A DNA stretch of 64,000 nucleotides. Source: Paecilomyces variotii (lineage: Eukaryota). A program made the translations under genes and the position numbers. A model generated the notes under the pieces. The model saw only the letters and a list, made by a program, of their open reading frames with translations, was not told the origin of the DNA and made no database searches. The DNA is taken from NCBI GenBank assembly GCA_004022145.1, contig RCNU01000007.1, one strand, 5' to 3'. Shown here one piece after another: positions 1 through 13,830 of this stretch. Each line of letters starts with the position of its first letter. Position 1 is the stretch's first letter.

Positions 1-403
1 GATATTCGGATAGAAGAAATCGTTTCAATTCAAGGTTATCCAGCTTTGCTGGTATTCCTATTGTACAGTACTGACAAACCATCCGTTCAAGTTAATATTT
101 GCCCCCAGAAAGCTTTCTACAGAAGACCAACCCTTCTCTCAATGAAACAAGACACCCAACAATGGGAGGGAGAAAACTTCAGTACAGGCATGGTGAAAGA
201 ACAACACCGCTCTCTGTCCGTAAAGTTACAATTTAGGAAGAACAGGATGAAGCAGGGGTATGACAAAGAGACAGTACATGACTCCAAACGCCCAGGTCAG
301 ATGGTAAAAGAAGGCCATTAAGGACAAACATACAAATGTTCCCAGATCCACGTTCGACAACGCCATACATGTTGAGGAAGGGTGGTGACTGAGAGATCTT
401 GTA

Positions 404-2608
404 TCACCACTGGCCGGCATAGTGCTGTGGATTATCGTAGCCTTGGCCGCCACGCCCTCTTCGGCCGCGACCGCCGCGACCACCACGACCACCGCGACCG
501 CGACCTCTACCTCCCCGTCTACCGAAGGAGTCGTCACGGCCGTAGCCACGGTTGTTGTGGTGGCGGTTCGAGGTATCCGGGGCAGGACCGGCTGCCATAC
601 GGGCGTCCCGTTCCTCCTCCGTCAAATAGAACTTGTTCTCGATACCAAGCATCTCGCAGAACTCGGCTGTCTGTGGATTGTTGTACTCATGGGGCTGTTC
701 AGAAGTGATCACTGGGATAGCCGGATCATAGAAGGGGGCGGTGGGGACAAAGTTCTCTGGTATGACAAGCTTTCCCTTCTGAACAATGTTTTCTTCCACC
801 CACTTTTCTGCCTCAATAATCTGATCTTTATAGAAGAGATCACCCTTGTTCGGAGGGATCCCAGCGTAACGATCACCCACGCGTAGATCATCTGCGAAGA
901 CGCGGGTGATTGCGAGCCATTCCTTGTCATAGTGCAGGCGGAAGGGGCGCTCCTCCTGAACGCCATCCTGCTCCGAAACAGGGTAGAACTCCGTAAGCTG
1001 CAGGAACTCCTGGTTTGGCTCACACTTTCCAAGGGCCAAGAAACGCGTCTCCTTGTTCGTGATGGCCTCTGGGAAAGGTCCATTCAGTGGAGGCTGAGGC
1101 TGCTGAGGACGAGCGAAGCTGGCGGGTAGCTGACGGCGAAGGTCTTCAGAAACCTCATCAACTCCATCAACTTGCTGGATCTGGCCTTGTCCAGGAGCTT
1201 GAACATCAAGGGGAGGCCCACTGTTTTCGGGAGTACCAAGGTCATCGGACATTTTGACATCTTTCTTTTCTTCAGCTTCTGCCGAGCCAGGCTTTCCTGC
1301 ATCGGAAAGATCGTCAAGATCAAGATCGATCTCATCAGAGTTCTTGACAGTGGAGGCTTCAGCTACAGTGTTTTCATCCTTGTTGGCACTTTCATCATTT
1401 TCATAGCCTGTCTTCTCGATCCCAAGTATCTTCCTGTCGCCGGATTCTTCGTCAGGGTTAACTTTACGCCAGGTCTGCTGATAGTTCACCTCTGTGGAGT
1501 GAAGAGGAACACCAGCATCTCGCTCTGTGCGTTGACGCTCAATGAAGTGAGCGTTTGCTTCAGCGTCAGTCTTGGCAGCGACAGCGTGGAAGTTGTTCCA
1601 AGCAGAGAGCTGTGCTTTCTCAGAGTGCGGTTTGCCAATGTCTCTGACTGGTTCAGCAGCATGTGCAGGGCGTTCGATACTAGCTGCATGCTGAAGAGCT
1701 GCCTGAGCATTCTTAGCATCGGCAGTAGTATAGCCAGGAGCTATATCATCATGCTGGACAAGTGCTGCAAACTTGACGTGCAAATGCGCTGAGAACCAAT
1801 ACGCTGGACGTAGACGTTCGAGAACTTCCTTGGCAGCATCGCTGCCGAGTTTCCCGCTGATAGAGTCCTCACGGAGAAATGGCTTTCTGCGGAAGAGCGC
1901 TTGATGATCCCCTGAATATTCGACTCTCTTTGGCCAATCGTGGGAGAGCCCCAAGTCGACTTGAGAGCGGATTTGGAGAAGCTTCCGCACGTCCAGTTCT
2001 CTAACATGGTACGCGGAATGGACCTCCGAGTCATTGTAAGGCAGGCGCTCGAAATGAGGTTTCCGGTAATCGTAACCCTTGAAGATTCCAGATATGCCTG
2101 CGATACGTAACGGTCCACAGCGAAGCACATTGGCCGCACCCAGATAATAGATGTTGGGCGCAACCCACCCACCGTGGTAGAGTTCGAACTGATGGTTGTA
2201 CGCTTCGTGGTTCCCACCGACATAGATAGTTAGATATGGAGCAGTACGTTTTCCACTGTAATACTCGTGAAAATCACCAATCTGCCTGTACTTTTTGGGA
2301 ACCGACATTCCATTCATATCATAGGAATTGCGAACGGCCTGGAGGGATATCAGACTCTTGTCGCCAGGACGAAATATTTAGAATGACTTACTTGGAAATC
2401 ACCGCCGATAATGACCAAATCGACACCATCCCAGCCCTTGAGCTTGGCAGCTTCCTGGACTGAGGCATAGATGTCATGAAGTTTTCCATGTCCCTATGTA
2501 TTATATCAGGTCAGTCGAGACTCAACCAAAACACTGGAGACGGAGACAACTTACGCAACCTTCAAGAGCCACACGCAAGCCACGGCGTGATGCGTTCACA
2601 GGTTCCAT
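404..2608 (-). CDS. DBR1: RNA lariat debranching enzyme (metallophosphoesterase + DBR1 C-terminal domain), 3 exons (~2608-2555, 2493-2392, 2338-404)
   Basis: Spliced N-terminus MEPVNASRRGLRVALEGC-GHGKLHDIY..IIGGDFQ; GNHE, SHDWP and FSAHLH motifs; RGG-rich C-terminal tail; GTAAGT donors on the minus strand. Confidence 0.95.
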
Positions 2609-3035
2609 GATCGGAAGTACTGTTTCCCCGAACTGCACGGAGCTGATTGCCAGGAAGGGGGGAGATGGGACGGAAGATAGGACGGAAGATGGGACAAAGT
2701 GTGAGAGTAGATGGACAAAATGACCGTTGATGATTTTGAAAGGACACTAGATGGTCCAGAATACAGTGAACTGCCTCACTCTGAAGAATAAGGCACACTG
2801 TACTCTCCTAAATAGAGAATCTATTTGGTGCTGCGGGTAGCAGCAGGAGTTGGTGTTGTTGTTGAAATCAAACAGGAGCCTACTGCGTGGTGAGGTTAGT
2901 ATTTCTTTCAGCGGGAACACAGAGAAAAGCTCCTCCGCAGAGGGCGAAGGCCGCCGGACGAACTTGCAACCCTCGCTTTTCTCCATCTTCCATCGACTTC
3001 ACACGACATACAAGGGAGACTTTTCGTTACTCGCC

Positions 3036-3662
3036 ATGGCATTAGCAGAATCAGCTCCGCAACTGAATTTCCTGCGGGATTCAGCGCAGTTTCTAAGCTC
3101 CCAAAGTCCATCCACGTCTGCACATCTCTTGGCGGTACACAACCGGATTCTTCACGACCAGTTCAGACCATTAAATTTCCGCCAACAGGAAACATTCTGC
3201 GGTGCCTGCGGCAGTCTCAGGACACCACATATCACCAAGAAGGTTGAGATCAAAGAGAAGAGCGCAAAATCCAAGGCCCAAAAGTCCAAGGTTACCAAAC
3301 AAGGTGGTTCTCAAGATGCTCCTCCAGGGGCCGTCGTCTACAAGTGCTTGCGATGCTACAAACGGGCGGTACAACCAATCCGCAAACCAGCATCACGAAA
3401 GAATATTCAGTCAGTCCCTATAGCTGCTACTGAGCCTGTGGTTTCTTCTACAGCAGCCTCTACAAGCAAGACTTCACCCCAGGAGGCTGCAGACGCGGCG
3501 ACACCCAGTGTTTCCACCAAAACCACGTCTGAAAATGCCAGCAGCAAGAAGAGGGCGAAAGCGAGGAAGCAAGGCGGACTACAAGCTCTCTTGGCCTCCA
3601 AACAGCGCTCACAGACCCAGACGTCCTCGTCCCTCGATCTCTTCGACTTTCTGCAGCAGTGA
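3036..3662 (+). CDS. RNase P/MRP Rpr2/Rpp21/Snm1-family zinc-binding subunit
   Basis: LNFL..SA..L N-terminus, FCGACG and YKCLRC zinc-ribbon pairs, basic low-complexity tail ending LFDFL; likely ATG at 3036. Confidence 0.75.
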   Translation: MALAESAPQLNFLRDSAQFLSSQSPSTSAHLLAVHNRILHDQFRPLNFRQQETFCGACGSLRTPHITKKVEIKEKSAKSKAQKSKVTKQGGSQDAPPGAVVYKCLRCYKRAVQPIRKPASRKNIQSVPIAATEPVVSSTAASTSKTSPQEAADAATPSVSTKTTSENASSKKRAKARKQGGLQALLASKQRSQTQTSSSLDLFDFLQQ

Positions 3663-4005
3663 CTACTTTCACGTGACTTGTTCGTTTCCGGTTAGCGCGG
3701 GGGTTGCCCGGATGGAAGACTGACTAAGTAGTAACTGACCCCGCCACAGCGAAGAACCGCGAAAGTTCCCGTCGCTAGTAGATTATTTTTTTTCTAGAGT
3801 GACTGGGAAGAAGCTTGTGACTGCTCAACACGAGACAATCCTGCATCATAAGACCTCTAGAAGGGCTCTTTTCTGAGTGGTTAAAAGAATTGGGTTTGCA
3901 CTTTACACCACTGATCAGAATACATCTACATACACACTGAAGAGACACTGAAGGTCACTGCAACGACATACGCTAGATCTACCCCCCACTTTACAATTCG
4001 CAATC

Positions 4006-5531
4006 ATGTCCGTTGAAGGAACGGAACAGCAGCAGAACAACGACCAGGCGCATGCTGCTGCGCAGATGGACAAGATGCTGGACGCCTCCATGGCCCAGAA
4101 GAATGACTCCCAGTTCCAAAAGCCCAGCGATCTCGTCGAGAGGGACGAAGATACCGGATTGGTGTCAGTCGAGAGTCTGTGCATGAACTGTGGTGAGAAT
4201 GTAAGTCTAAGCCGAGCCTATCACACGAACGAACGAGGCCTAACAATATGCAGGGAACGACTAGACTTTTGTTGATTCGAGTCCCTTTCTTCCGTGACAT
4301 TATCCTAGAATCGTTCGAGTGCCCGCACTGCTTCTTCAAAGACAACTCGGTCAAGTCTGCCGGGCAGATCCAGCCACAGGGAACGAAGTACACACTAGAT
4401 GTCGAGGACGAAGCGGACATGCAGCGACAAGTCATCAGGAGTGACACTTCCATCTTCAAGCTCGAGACCCTTGGAGTCGAGATGCCCAAGGGAGAGAGCC
4501 AGATGACGAATGTGGAGGGCGTTTTGCGGAGAATCTATGACTCCCTGTCTCAGGAGCAGCCATTGCGGAAGGTCCAGGCACCCGAACTCTATACTGCTCT
4601 GGAGCCTATCATTGAGAAAATTGGCAAGATGCTTGAGGGCCAGTCTTTCCCGTTCACGATCTCTCTGGATGATCCCACTGGGAACTCATGGATCGCTCCT
4701 AATCCTAATGACAAGGGCCACAAGTACAGGCGCAGGGACTACCCTCGTACCCATGAACAGAACGAGGAACTCGGTATCGCCGCTGATCCCGAAGCTCAGA
4801 AGCTTGAGGGTGTCGTGCTCAAGGAAGCAGCCGGAGACCCTGAGGATCTGGATATCACCGATGGAAAGGTGTACACCCTCCCGGCTGAGTGCCCAGGCTG
4901 TACTAAGCAATGTGTCGTCAACATGCAGAAAGTCAGCATCCCTCATTTCAAGGACGTCATCATATGGAGTACGGTCTGCGACCACTGCGGCTACCGCACC
5001 AATGAAGTTAAGACCGGCGGCGAGGTCCCTGACAAGGGCAGGCGCATCACTCTCAAGGTGGAGAATGAGGTGGACCTCTCGCGTGATATCCTCAAGTCCG
5101 ATACCTGTGCTCTGAAGAGCGAGGACTTGGACCTGGAGGTTCAGCCAGGTACTCTGGGTGGTCGTTTCACAACCATCGAAGGTCTCCTCACTGAAGTGCG
5201 GGATCAATTGCACGGACAGATCTTTGACCTTGGCACTGGTGGTGGAGACAGCATGGCTAGCAGCGATAAGGAAACCTGGGAACGCTTTTTCAACAAGCTC
5301 GACAGCGCTATCAAGGGGCAGATGAAGTTCACCATCATCCTGGAAGATCCGCTGGCCAACAGCTACGTCCAAGACCTGTGCTCGCCTGCTCCTGACCCAC
5401 AGCTCACGGTCGAGGATTACACCCGTACCGATGAAGAGGAGGAAGAACTAGGCCTGAAGGACATGAAGGTTGAAGGTTACGAGCAGGATGCCGAGCAGAA
5501 CGAGGATACCAAGCACGAGGAGACCAAGTAA
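4006..5531 (+). CDS. ZPR1: Zinc finger protein ZPR1, intron 4201-4253
   Basis: ESLCMNCGENG-TTRLLL..PFFRDIILESFECPHC, second finger CPGC..CDHCGYRTNEVK, LDDPTGNS and GGRFTTIEGLL motifs. Confidence 0.96.
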
Positions 5532-5989
5532 GAGTTGTGAACTGAATGCTGTCGACTCTGCACTTTATTTCTCATTCTCGTTTTATGATGTTTATGATTT
5601 CCTTTTTTTTTGACGACAGTTGTCATTCCAATCGGATGTGAATCATTTATGCTGTTGCATGCATAACGGTGCCTTGTGATGCTTGTGCTGGCTTTCGGGT
5701 TATTGCGTCCCTTTATATCCCGCATTTATGGTTGGATGATATTGTTCATAGCATGTTAATAAGTGGGTGATGTTACATAAGAAAAGGCTGGGGGAGTTGT
5801 TGAGGTCGTCCGGCTAATTTCCAGAATCAGTGGTGTTACTATGGAATGAAAAGTACATGTTTACATCTCGGGAATGAATCATTTTCTTCTCATTCAAAGC
5901 ATCATTGCCGCATATCAATCGTGGGTATTTGTAGTATGCTAGCCAGATCTCTGAGCAGGACGTGCTGTCTGATGTCTCACACGCAGTCA

Positions 5990-6600
5990 GTATTCCCGAC
6001 AATCACGTTCTTCCGGTCCTGGTAGGCGACAGGAGTCTCAGAGTTTTATCTGGGAATCTTATTAATGACATTTGTCATTTCAATTGAAGGCGACCCCTTT
6101 CTGTGTTTGCATACACAGTGCCTTGTCAGCCCACTGATACTGGGCTAACTAAATAGAATTCCATATAGGGAAACACCCAGCAGATCGTCTTCTGGAAGAG
6201 CCAACTAGGTCACACCCTAAATGATCTTGCGCAGAATGAAATCGAGGCACTGCAGGTTCCTGCAGCTGCTCGTTGTTAGTCGATACTCGCCCTCTTGGCC
6301 AGCAAACAAGAAATGCAAAGATGAGACTTGGGGGTCTCTGACGGCTATGGTACTGTATACCCTCATGGAGAAGCTTCCTGGGACCAGTGTTAGTAGGTTT
6401 ACGGGGTTTGAAGCGCGAGAACTCCGGTGCCCTTTCAAAGATGCTGGCCGCATGCTCAGGACCATTATTCTTGCCTCTTTACCTTCATCGCTGACGCTGA
6501 TAACCAAGGGAGGTCTTCTCAAACGGAATAAAATGGGTGTCGTTATATTCAACGCAGAAAAAAAAAACCCGAGGCATTGTTAAAATCTCCCATTTGACTA
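5990..6600 (+). pseudogene. Decayed Eurotiomycete protein-kinase-like gene
   Basis: After branch/acceptor GCTAAC..TAG (~6145-6157) the fragments read IPYRET..RAN*, NEIEALQV..ARC*SILALLASKQEMQ and VLYTLMEKLPG..ELRCPFKDA in different frames with internal stops. This resembles the fungal QIPY..RAxQA / E.EAL..L..C..P.LL..K.E.Q / YILMEKLPG family recalled from memory. Confidence 0.5.
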
Positions 6601-7148
6601 TTCTAAAATCAGCGGGAGCAAGCGACTGCCTCTCATGCACAGTTATTTCCTGCTGATTGAATTGCCCCGTGTTTAAATACACACAGCCCAGATAACCTCT
6701 ACTGGGCCACCCGCATAAGAACGAAGACACAATGCAGGTACAACACCTACAAGTGACCCTACGTGTAGATGCGTGGTTAGTTGCCTCGGTTTAGGCTGGT
6801 TTCGTTTCATAAGTTAGGGGAATGTTTCGATATGGGCCGTATGCCAACGTGCTGAAACCAACCATGCAGCTTGGGCCTTAACATCACTTATTGGGTATAC
6901 TAGGACACAAGTCACTAAGAAAAGCCACGCTTTGTGCTCGACTGAGATCTATGACAATGAATCGAGAATCGTTATCACTATTTAGTCCCGCAACATCGCA
7001 ACCGTTTTGTCGTATGCGGAAATCTTTTTGAGGTCTTCATTGGGAGATATAAATTCTATTTTCTGATTTGACAGCTCCCAGAGAAGCTCGAAGCTCGTTT
7101 TCCCTAATTTAAGCTCTACTTTACTCGGGTCTCTGGGGCAGCATACAA

Positions 7149-9473
7149 ATGTCAACTCCGGCACTTCCTACTACATATCTGTCTCGCAATGATTCCACGC
7201 TGTATGAAGATGTCGAATACTCGAGTTCTGATTTGACGATCACAGAGGCAACGACATGCCCGAATACTCCGAGCTTTCTCTTGCGGACCTCTTCGACTTT
7301 CGGTGTGGTAGATGGTAGCGCCCAGAGTTCTCAAGCTACATTGAGCTCTACAGATGCTCTGACGCAGGAACCGGTATCTCAGAGAGAATCTATGAGTTCC
7401 AATCGACGCTCTACCTATCCAGGAGAGACAACTTCATCGGGATTCCTTTCTCCAGTTCCAAGTTTAGAAGATATCGAGAAGTGCTGCACCAGGTCCATGA
7501 CTTCCGTGGCTTCTGATTCTGATACTGAAATGGGATTTACGGACAACGATGAACCAAGACCCGAGAGAACATTAGGGTCACCTCCTTTCTTGATGGAGCC
7601 GCATTATTTGAATTATATTCGACTTCTATCGTTGGATCTGCCTCACTTGGCATATAGCCCTATTCGCCCACAGCACGATATTATGTCCCTTACTGTATTG
7701 GACTTTTCGACTCGTTCGTCTTGTTGTCGAACTCGGTTCTTCAATCATGGCTCAGCTTCTGCACTCTCTGAGACTGAGATATCGAATATTACCCAAGTTC
7801 TTCAAGATTCTGCGCGACCGACAGGGAGCGATATCATGACGTCTGTCATTATCGCCGAAGACCTGTCTTGCGAGGTAATGGAACTGCTTGGTTCTACTTT
7901 TGAACTTCATCCGGAGTTCTTCGAGACACACTTGATAAATTCGAGGTATGCGCGTCCAAGTCCGAAGCAGATACCAGTTCCCCAGCCTATCTGGCCAACA
8001 GCGTCATTACCAAAGGATTTCCAGTCCGTCAAATGGTTCAGGCCAGTCTGGAGAAGTCCAGGTGCTGGGTCCCAGAGACTTTGGGATAGCTATCACCGGC
8101 AGCCCTTTCATGGACTTATTGCCAGTTCTCCTAGGAGAAATAAAACTAGTCGTGGGTTAGTTTATTTTGCGAACAACATTATCCGATTTGGATGGAACCT
8201 TGCAGCAGAACCACAGGAACTTCCTCAAGAAAATAAAGAAGACTCTTCCATGGGCACCACCGCGATACCTGTGGCCTGGGAAGAAAGGGCGACCTTCTGT
8301 ATGAAGACTATCGGGAATAGACGATGCAGTAAGTTTGGTGCTTAGAACAAATCGATGATCCTGCTGATTGAAGTTTTAGTTGTACTTCTTCTTGATCCAT
8401 TACCGATGGTAAAGGAAAAGCTGACCAGGAACGAGTCTGATCCTGCTGCTGAGCATCACGGAGATATTGACAGCGAGCGAAGGAGCCAAGAGAACCACGA
8501 CTACGCTGTTTTCCGTGACATGTACCTTAGAGGACTCAGTGAGATTCCTCTGCAGCAGGTCGACATTAACAACTGCTCTAAGGTCCGCCAACAGCTAAGA
8601 GAATCCGTATCAGCATCTTTTTACCTACGGCAAAGGTGCGGAACGAGGCATAGACATTCGTCAAATTCTACTCCCAATGATCCTTTGGAAATCCTCAATG
8701 AGCTTATCTGTCACGATTCCTTGAACCTCCTCCGAGTCATCAACGGGACGCTGGATCGTATCCAGTCTAGTCTTTCAGACAGCCATCTCACCGAGACGCA
8801 GCTATGCCACTGGCACGAGTTTATTAGAAGATGTGAAGCGAATATTCCAACACTGCGGACCACTCTTTCTTCCCTGTCTAGAGAATATCAGGACACTACG
8901 GTCGAGCCACCGCTCCGAAGCACGGTCCGGCTTTCCCAAGAGGCTCTCGAAGTCACGGCTGCAACTTCAGCCCGGTTACAAGAAGTATCTGCGTCTTTGG
9001 TGTCGAATATCAGTCTCCTAGGAACGAGACAGGATATCGCTAAGAAGAAGAGCATTTCCAGGCTCTCAGAATTAGCATTCTTTTTCTTGCCTATCATTGT
9101 CTCAGCGAGCATATTTGGTATGAGAGTCCGCGAACTCAACCACCCTCCAATCTGGGCCTTTTTTACCCTGTCTATCATTCTCATGCTACTTTCATACGGA
9201 CTGCGCTGGATGATGGCAATTGACATCTGGAAGAGATGGAAGGAGTTCTATCCAACGCAGTCTCAGCACGAAATATGTCGGTACCGGGATGATGTCCTGA
9301 GCGAAAGCACTGCACGGCGAAGCGTCATGCGATGGACGATGAAGCGACGTAGATTACCTTCTTACACTATGTCTGGTATGTTTTCCCCCCAAATAATGCT
9401 ACGAGAAGCATCTGGACGTCCAATAAGCTTGAATGTTGCGGATTACGACATCAGTAACTCCGCCCACCGCTGA
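7149..9473 (+). CDS. Fungal CorA-like domain membrane protein, intron 8329-8379
   Basis: Two long ORFs join in frame via GTAAGT..TAG. EDLS...LGSTFELHPEFFETHL motif and C-terminal SISRLSELAFFFLPI..ASIFGM plus a second TM helix, typical of CorA-like C-termini. Confidence 0.75.
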
Positions 9474-9887
9474 TAATTTATATTTAAACAGTTCCAAAGC
9501 TGCGAATAACTCTATCCAGACTTAGAGAAATGTTTAGGAGAGAACCTCAGACAGCCCGGGAGGGTAGACAAGCAGTGTCTGGCTAGTCAATTATTGATAT
9601 GCTTCGAGCGTAACTACATATGTTTCATGCCTCGTAGAGGTATGTGAATGAAATCAAATGCATAGCTAAGGAAAACAACGGAGTTGTAGTTAGATGCCAG
9701 ACTCACAGAAGATAGGATACCTATTAATACAGTACAACTGCTTAGCGTCCGGCCGATCTTTTTAAGGTTGCAGGCGTACCCACAGCTCCGAGCTTAACGC
9801 CGGACTGTCAACCTGCGTATATATTTCTGCTTGACAATTCGAACCACGATATACTGTCTCTGTTAAGGGTCGACACACCTTAAAGCC

Positions 9888-11312
9888 ATGAACAATAGAC
9901 CTGTTGAACAGGCTCTCGCCACCCTTCTTCCAACGCATGCGGATGATCTGCCCCCCGAGCTGCTCAGCTTGGCCCTATCGCTTGTTGCGCAATCGCGGAG
10001 CTACTCGACGAGTCTGAAGCCCGAGGAGGAAATCGCGCGGCCGTATGCGTGCGCGGAGATAGCTTGTAAGAGGTATGTATACGCGAAATTCAACCATCTG
10101 ACTGTTCTGGGGACTATTGCTGACCCTCAATTCTGAATTTCTAGACTAAGTCGGTCGCTCAAACTTCCGCCCTTATTGGGACATCCACCATGCCCTCCAC
10201 GCCTCTACAAGAAGCTGTACGCGTTCCTTGACCGGTCACTCGCGAGTAGCACCGTTTCTACGAAACGTACGGGATATGGGTCGGTAGCAGGGACCCCTAC
10301 GCGACCTTCATCTGTCACAACGACACCGACGAAGAATGGAGGCACGGGATTGAGAACGGCCACGCCTCGGACACTGCAGGGCACGCCTACCAAATCGACT
10401 CCTCTGAAGAGGAGCACGGTTGATCCGGCCACGTCGCCGTCAATATCGCGACAACAACTTCCTGTGAGGAGGGCGGGAATCAATGGTTCTGCATCAACAA
10501 TCATCGGCGACGCGCCCAAATGGGTGATGCCCGCCATCCGTACCGTGTGTAAGACGCTTTCCACACCAGCACCCAGGATGAGCACATGGTCACGGCCTCC
10601 AATCTCGAGAACACTTCCGCCACATATATTCTCCGGAGTCTCGTCGATATTGCATTTCATCCCTTCTTCGGAGGCGGACAGCGGTGACCTGGATGAGGAC
10701 TCACTGGAGTTTTTGGAGCCGATTACCATGACACAGGACAAAGAAAAAGATGAAGATTATAAAGAGCTTGTCAGCGCTCTCATAGTAGCAGTTTACTTCC
10801 TCGTCCTTGCTAGACGGCGCAGTCCGGCCCCCGGAGAAGGTTCTGGAGAAGGTAATGGCGAAGGCAGAAAGATGGACAAGAAAACCTTCTCGGAGATGCG
10901 CCAGACAGCGCTCACCAGCCTTGGACTTCCAAGTAATGAGAAACGACACCGTGAAGATGTTGACGCGTGGATTGCTCTCATTATGGAGCAAGGTTGGGCA
11001 AAGGGCAGGGAATGGTTCGAAAACGTCCCGCAAGCAGGCGCAGACTGGGACGAGGCCGCCCAGGATGATATGGGTCTAATGGACGATAACGAGGAAGGTC
11101 CTTCTGGCACAATAGGTACCAAGAGACGTAAGAAGGATCATCTCCTAGACGAAGCTTCCACAAGGGGCGGACTTCTTCCAGGTCTCGGTACTATGATGCA
11201 AGCTCGTATAGACTGGCTCAGCGAGGAACGACAGGAGGATTACCTGGAGTGGAAGAAGGATATATTGAAGCGGGTTGAAAAGCTAGAGAGGACCAGCAAG
11301 GCCGTCGCTTGA
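9888..11312 (+). CDS. ORC6: Origin recognition complex subunit 6, one intron (~10073-10144)
   Basis: LKPEEEIARPYACAEIACKRL and PPCPPRLYKKL at the N-terminus; GLGTMMQ..DWLSE...DYLEWKK at the C-terminus. Confidence 0.9.
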
Positions 11313-11587
11313 TCCGCATGCCCAGGAAAATTTCACTTGTATATGATACCCAGGATAAAGAGTCGTGATAATGTGCATTGAACAGTAATGACTGGATTCT
11401 TCTATTTCTATCTATCGAAGTTGCGTATTATTATATAATAGTCCTATAGATCAGCAACGACCGGCGAACAGATCTCTCATAATCCTTCCAAATCACAAAC
11501 CACAGGTCCCCTCATCTGTCCTAGCTAAAACCGCCAAACATGAATTTCTATACGAACGAAGATCAGATCGAAAGACTGGGGATAACC

Positions 11588-13057
11588 TCAGTACCAGATG
11601 CTCCTTGTGCGATGATGCGGAATACTTTCTGCTCCCTTGGCCTCCAATTCTTTCATGGTATCGTAAAGGAAAAAGTCTATCAAGATCGCATTGACGTTGA
11701 ACGATGAGGATGGCGACGCGGACGGAGACGGAGACTGAGGCGGAGATTCTGATTTGGTTTCTTGACTGTCTGATGTTTTCTCCTCTTGCGATTCGTCCAT
11801 ATGAACGTCGTCATCTTTCTCAGCAATGGACGCCGTCGTCTGCACCCGCGTTTCTGGATGTTTTCTCATGATCTCCTGTCTGATCAGCTCCACGCACCAA
11901 ATGGAAGTGCCGCGAAGTTCAATTTCCCAATTTGAGCCGCTGGGGATTGGCTTCAGTTGTCTGATGTGGCTCTCCAGAGGAGGGGAGTAGACGAGAGACC
12001 CGAGCTGGTGGAGCATTTGGGGTATACGGTAGTCTTGAAATATGTTGCGTTAGACAGCGGCGAGAAATAATGGAGGCACAGAACTATACGAACCGGCAAA
12101 CATGGTAATCTTGTCAATGTCATGGAACTCCCCATAGCTTTGACCCTCGAAACACGCCCATAGATCTGCCACTAAGATCTGTGCGCGCTTATACAGGCGG
12201 ACTTTGCGTCCTTCGAAGGTCGACTGGTCCCGGAAACAAGAAAAGTTATCTGCTAACAGGTTGACTAGAGCAGCAGCGGAATGATTTGCGTCATAGAGAC
12301 AGTTTACGAAGCTACCGTCGAACTTCTAGATCTCAGCTCATTAGTATGGAAAGGAAAAAAAAAAAAAAAGGATATGGGGTGCAGGAAACAGGTACCTCGC
12401 TTAATACTCTGCCTGCCTCACGCAAGCATTGCACACGCTCTTCGAACATCGGAATCTCTTCGTCTGTCGCCGAACGAAAGACATGTCTCAATAGTTCATC
12501 TGTGCATTCATGTTCATCGTTCCAAAATTCCGGGCTTGTAATTGGGATCTCTGTAATCCTCAGCTAAATTGTTCAACAAGGTACAAGATATCGGGACCAA
12601 ACAGGACCGAATCCAACATAGATAGATAGGCCTTACCTTCATCGAGAGCTCTCTGAAGTGCAGCGACGAGGCTCCAATATCCCGTCCATCGCCTGTCATG
12701 ATATTCAATCGCAAACCGTCTTGACTGATCAGACTCCTCTGACCAAAAGCTGAAATTCAAGAGATCCATAGTGAAGATGAACTCCACCGTGCTCTCGTCC
12801 TTGGTTTTCGGATGTAATTCATGCTCGGACCACGTTTTTGTTGAATATCCCTTCTCTTGCATCAGGCGCCATATTATCTCTGCTGCTTCTTTGGTTTTTG
12901 GAACACTCAGAGCAACGTCGATGGAGTTGTCAAAAATGAACTGTGCGCTCTCAAGGACTTTCGTCTCTGGTGGTGGTGGTGTCGATCGGCCACCGCCCAA
13001 ACCGAGAGACTTCCGCAACAGCTCCAGGAGTTCGGGATCCGCTTCGTCGTCTGACAT
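11588..13057 (-). CDS. QNG1: Queuosine salvage protein (Q_salvage/DUF2419, queuosine 5'-phosphate N-glycosylase), 4 exons
   Basis: FIFTMDLLNFSFW and GYWSLVAALQRAL; spliced YKRAQILVADLW and ITMFADYRIPQ; EIELRG, NAILIDFFLYD and PHHRTRSIWY. Confidence 0.92.
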
Positions 13058-13830
13058 TATGGGATCTCAAAGATATTGATGGATCTCCTGGCCTGGATAT
13101 AAAGAATATTCTTTGAGAAATGTCACACGGTACGGGGGTTGCAAAACATCCAGCCTCGTATATAAAGAAGTGCACAATGGAAAGCTAAGTATCAGTGCCG
13201 CTGTTGACTCCACAGTAACGCAATTCCGCGACACCATAAGCAAACACAATGCGGTGAATATTCTTCGTCTACGGGTTGTAGACAATTTATTGGAATAAAG
13301 AGGAATCAAACGATCCCCCTCGCCAAGAAAGGGGATCTATATTTGCAGTGCGGGAATCTTAAATCCTTCCCCTTTTGCCCATCACTTCCTTGCGGACAGA
13401 CGGTGTCTGTTTACATAAGCAAGGGGCAGAATGGTGCTATTTACGTTGGCGGTTCATGGTCAATTTTTACGGAGTATACCTCGAAGCACTAGAACACGCG
13501 GTTTTCTTTTCCTTTTTTTTTTTTTTTTTTCTTTTCCTTTTTTTTTTAACAGTAGCATATTCCGAGGCAGTTTGAGCTGAGGAGCAATACTATGCATATG
13601 AGAATCAAGGGCAATTACTACCATTGATGGTCCACAGAGCCTAACTCAAGTTTTATGACGCCGATTAATTGCTATCTTTCTACCTCAATTCTGAATGCAG
13701 TGGAACTGGTAATTGTTGGACGGCACAGCTATGCTTCTTTCTTATGTCTTAAAACCGGCTTGACAGCAAAATGAGTGCTTATGCCGCTTCCTTTCGGTAC
13801 CAGCTTCAGTCCTCAAGAGTCCATAACTAG

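Noticed and set aside
382-5372. Many overlapping antisense or alternate-frame ORFs (also inside VPS72, JSN1 and the dioxygenase)
   Set aside because: Shadow ORFs of GC-rich coding sequence with no motifs
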